NCBI GenBank assembly: GCA_965603825.1 | Contig: CBFDEM010000038.1 | Location: 1-64,000, forward strand | Source: Blepharisma stoltei ATCC 30299 | Lineage: Eukaryota; Protista; Ciliophora | Direction of reading: 5' to 3' | Length of the DNA: 64,000 bases | Part shown: in pieces, positions 60,430 to 64,000 of the stretch | Numbering within the stretch: position 1 is the first letter of the stretch | Layout of the letters: each line of letters opens with the position of its first letter | Position numbers and translations under genes: made by a program | The notes under the pieces: generated by a model | Told to the model about the DNA's origin: nothing | The model's database searches: none | Seen by the model: only the letters and a program-made list of their open reading frames with translations

Positions 60430-63400
60430 TGATAATATTCTTTATTTTTATAAAAATTATTTCTTTGCTTTCTTTTTATCAAGCTGCGCCATCCTCTAGA
60501 AATCATATTGGCTCGCTATGGTTCTTCTAAAAGCAGCCTGAATGCACTTGATGATAAAAGTATTCAAGAAATATAAATGGCATGAATGCAATATATCTAC
60601 GATAAAAAATTGCATTTCGGCTTATCCTGATAGCTCAGTTTTACTAGATATTTCAAAGGTATTTGATACACAATTTTAAATTTCACAAATTTGTAGCGAG
60701 CTGTCTTTACTGCATTTAGTCTACCAAGATAAATTTTACTATGAAGATGAGTGGACTTTCTCTCTTATCCCTCAAAAAAATAAACAATTAGATGCACTTT
60801 TGGCGCTTTTAAGCTACTTCAATTGGGGAGAAGGAATTGCTATCTGTGACCAGACTAAGTCTGAATGAAAAGAAAAAATTATAGGATTTTCTCCAAAATT
60901 TGAATGGCTTACAGTTAGGTCAGAGACTATGTCGAAGATTTAGTTAATGGAGTTATTTTTCAACTGGGCTCTACACTTTATTATATTTTAGCAGGAACTT
61001 CAGAATCAACTCAGATTCTAAACTCTTTAAGTGATAAAAAGGTTTTATGAGCTGGGAATGGAATTGTATTTCTTCAAGAAGGCGGCTATAGATGCAATTA
61101 TTAAGGAGCTTTAATCATAACAGAATATTTGAAAAACTCTGCCATAAGAGTTATTGATATTTTAATAAGAAACGAGTTTAGTGATTTCAGAAACCTTCTA
61201 AATTCAAATCTCAATGATTATCACAATAAGAGCCAGTTTTCTATAGTTAATATCCAAGATGGGTTAAGAAAAACAATCGGGTCGATTCAGAATGGCAATG
61301 TAACTATTTTTGGAGACTTGATTTTTCCTGGGCATTCGAATTCGGCACCAAAGTCAATGAAAAAGATTTTGCGTTAAGCATAAGCGCTGGCACAACAAAT
61401 CCTGGCACAACAAATCCTGGCACGCCAGCAATTCCAAATTCAGCAGTATATTAAATTGAGGGATTAACTCCATCCTATGATTCCTTAATTTTTTTGCATG
61501 CGAAAAGTCTAGCTATTATTGCTAAAATAAAATTAAAAAATGAAAAGGAGGAGAGTCAATCTCATAATCAATAATAGGTGCCCTTGGCACTTTTCTTATT
61601 AGAGATTTAATCAATGAAGGAAACGACATCCTATCACACTTTAATCTGAACTTTTTTAGCTTTGATTGTGGAGTTATTGCATTTAACGCTTCTTTTGCAG
61701 AACCTTGCTTCAGCAGAAACATAGATCAGCTGGGATTATCTCACATTGCTGCTTTCAGTTCAGCTATGACTTTTGGATCTTTTCAAATATTCAAAAAATT
61801 AAATATAAAAATACCAGTTGTTGGAGCTGCAAGTGCTGACGATTCATTAAGCTCTATAGTAAACTTTCCTACTTAGTGAATCCCGAAAAATTTAGACCCA
61901 TTCCGGCAGGCATAAGCAAAATTGGTCTTAAAAATTATACAAATGCTCTTCAAGAAATTATTGATCCAAAAATAAGATTATTATTTTTGGTGGCACAGTA
62001 CCCTCAAGGAAACTATATTCTTGAAGAATTATATGATCTTGGGGTGAAAAAGGAGATTTAGTTATTGGCTGCTGGTATCAAGACTTGCCTAGTTTCATGC
62101 TGATAAATGATACCAACTTATATAAAAGATTGGAAGTTGGAATTCCAATATTTACTCTTATTGGTGAATTCTGATCCGGAAATTTAGGTCATGATATCTT
62201 ACAAAGAATATGCTCTGATTATCACTCAGAGCCGAGCTCTTTTTCTTGTTTCTATGCTGACGCTGCTTATCTGATTACTAGTGCCTTGAATTATATTATA
62301 AATAGAGGGCATGATTATAATGATCCATATAAACTTATGGCAGCTATAAGAACTACTCAGTTTCACGGCTGCGCTGGAAGTGTGAGCATTGAGAAAGGAA
62401 GTAACGATAGGATCGTTGATAAAATGATTATTGAAGGTGCTAAACGTAATGCAGATGGAAGTGCTTCAATCTATACAATTGGAAATTACCGACCTTTCAG
62501 CTCATAGGTAATCTCTATTATAAACCCAATCATATATGCTGATGGTTCTACACGAAAACCGAGCGAATATAGAGATATAAACAATAGATGCCCAGTTCCT
62601 AAAGAACAAATAAAGACTTTTAAGAAAGGAAGAGGGCTTTTATTTGAAATTTGTTTCATATCAGCGTTAATTATGATTGCTATTATATTCTATATTTGGA
62701 AGAAATGGTGAAATATCTCTGTTGATCCACTAAAACAAAAAGAAGAAATATCAATTCAAGATGCCATTCTCGCTGCCAGTATTGGAAATGAGTTCTTTCA
62801 GTATGTGCCAATGGGACCAGACTTTAAGCTGATAAGCCCTTTGCTTTCAGAGCTCAGTGGGTTGTTTTCATTGAACTTGGAAGAAGCAATAAAGCTGGAA
62901 AACGGAGTCTTTTGGATCGTTGTTAAGTTCGAATATGGAGGAATAGGACTTTGAATTTTACTTTGTCTTGTTATTCTGCTGCAGTTTGATGATAGATTTC
63001 CACATTTTTCACTGTTCAGACTTTTGAGATGGATTTCTGATTTTTTGATGCCTATTTTGGGAAATCTTTGCTTTATTCCGTTTATTTCAATTTGCTTATT
63101 CCTCCATTTAATAGCAGTACCCTTTTAATGATTGATAATTGAAGGATATACATAAAATTGTAAAAATAAATTTATATCCTTTTAAATATTTTTCTAATCT
63201 TTTGATTTAACGCAATTTTGGCTGGGGAGTCGTTTAAGTTGATTCATGCTGGCGAAACCAAACCTCAAATGATAACACCACTTACTTTGAGTTTCTGAAA
63301 TATAGAAAGTTGGCTTGTCCAACTTAAATTAATTGAACTAATTTTTTTCCCTAGAGAAAGATTGGGAGTTCGAGCCAAAATCGTTCTCGAGGCTATATAG

Positions 63401-64000
63401 GATTTCATAGATCATAGCAAGTCTAATATAAGCCAAATTAATTATAGAATGCAGGGTTAAAATAAAGGTATATATAAATTTTTTGGGTTCTTTTTGCTTT
63501 TTGAATCTTATGGATATTTTATAATAGTTTCAAACTATTAGCGATTATAAAAATTGCTAAACTTTCAAATTTTAGCACAGATATATAAGGATTTTAAGAT
63601 AATTAAGTTGATAAAATCAAGAAAACTAGATTTTTTACTGTAGTTTGATACACAGGCTGGGTATCGGGTTCCATGCATGGGAATTATTCGAAGTGTGGAG
63701 CCAAACTCCACACATGCAGCCTCATAACTCGAATGACTCCGTACACGAAATTTGGCCCCACTTGTAGAATTTTTCTCTATATGAGAAAATTTTAAGCGTG
63801 TGGAGCCGAAACACAATAGGCCTTAAATATATATTTAAAAACTATAGGTATAGCCGAGTGGCATTGTTAGCTTGTTGAGTTGGACATTTTTCAATGCGAT
63901 ATATCAATAGGGGACAGCTTTACTGATAGCATTCTCGCAAAAGATTGTTATTATTTCTGCTGGAAAGGTAAACATTTAATATATGCAATTATCTCATTTT
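60430..64000 (+). pseudogene. Tandem paralog of the Venus-flytrap receptor, pseudogenised, runs off the window
   Basis: Colinear with 55870-59490. In-frame TAA/TAG, frameshifts, deletions and a 784-bp insert. Confidence 0.9.
63098..63881. mobile_element. About 784-bp insert in the receptor paralog, with a hairpin-rich core
   Basis: Splits ISICL / LDIFQCD, which is contiguous at 59358-59387 in the intact copy. Only a TT microrepeat at the ends. Confidence 0.55.

Noticed and set aside
11341-63816. Many short antisense or alternate-frame ORFs in the track (e.g. 15629-15874, 17331-17831, 46156-46491, 59816-60031, 63565-63816)
   Set aside because: They are shadows of real genes on the other strand or frame, or have no recognisable motif.
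63365-63861. Pol III-like boxes GAGTTCGAGCC (~63366) and TAGCCGAGTGG (63851)
   Set aside because: They are in the wrong order and about 480 bp apart. No tRNA cloverleaf could be built.
2898-64000. TAA/TAG reassignment or programmed frameshifting as an explanation for the broken genes
   Set aside because: Long intact ORFs contain TGA but never TAA/TAG. Lesions differ between paralogs and include large deletions, which fits pseudogenisation.

Overview
This is a chromosome end of a heterotrich ciliate, most likely Blepharisma. Evidence: a ~2.6 kb (CCCTAACA)n telomere at 1-2617, TGA read as Trp while TAA/TAG remain stops, and a 16-nt GT-AG intron. The supplied ORF track uses the standard code, so it fragments the real genes. 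Most of the window is a patchwork of truncated, frameshifted gene copies: USP, UBC, CNBD channel, WD40, FAM161, two PKD/REJ surface proteins, GT91/GH130-like, SYF2, amidase and two importin-alpha. A few genes are intact or nearly so: a 1052-aa RAP-like protein, a Kelch-like gene, a kinase-Kelch-TPR gene and a Venus-flytrap multi-TM receptor. Four things stand out. (1) A family of about ten Kelch-like beta-propeller gene copies or fragments with near-identical DNA framework but short, fully replaced loop windows, joined to different partner domains (Zn-finger/coiled coil, kinase, TPR, START). It is a candidate variable-receptor system. (2) A 1131-bp Foldback-like element with 9-bp-repeat inverted arms and an orphan ORF, at a rearrangement breakpoint. 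(3) Non-intron inserts, TA-bounded and non-TA, interrupting an otherwise perfect ORF, i.e. IES-like DNA. (4) Together with the long telomere, these suggest a germline (micronuclear) chromosome end. All family calls are from motif recognition by eye; no database search was run.
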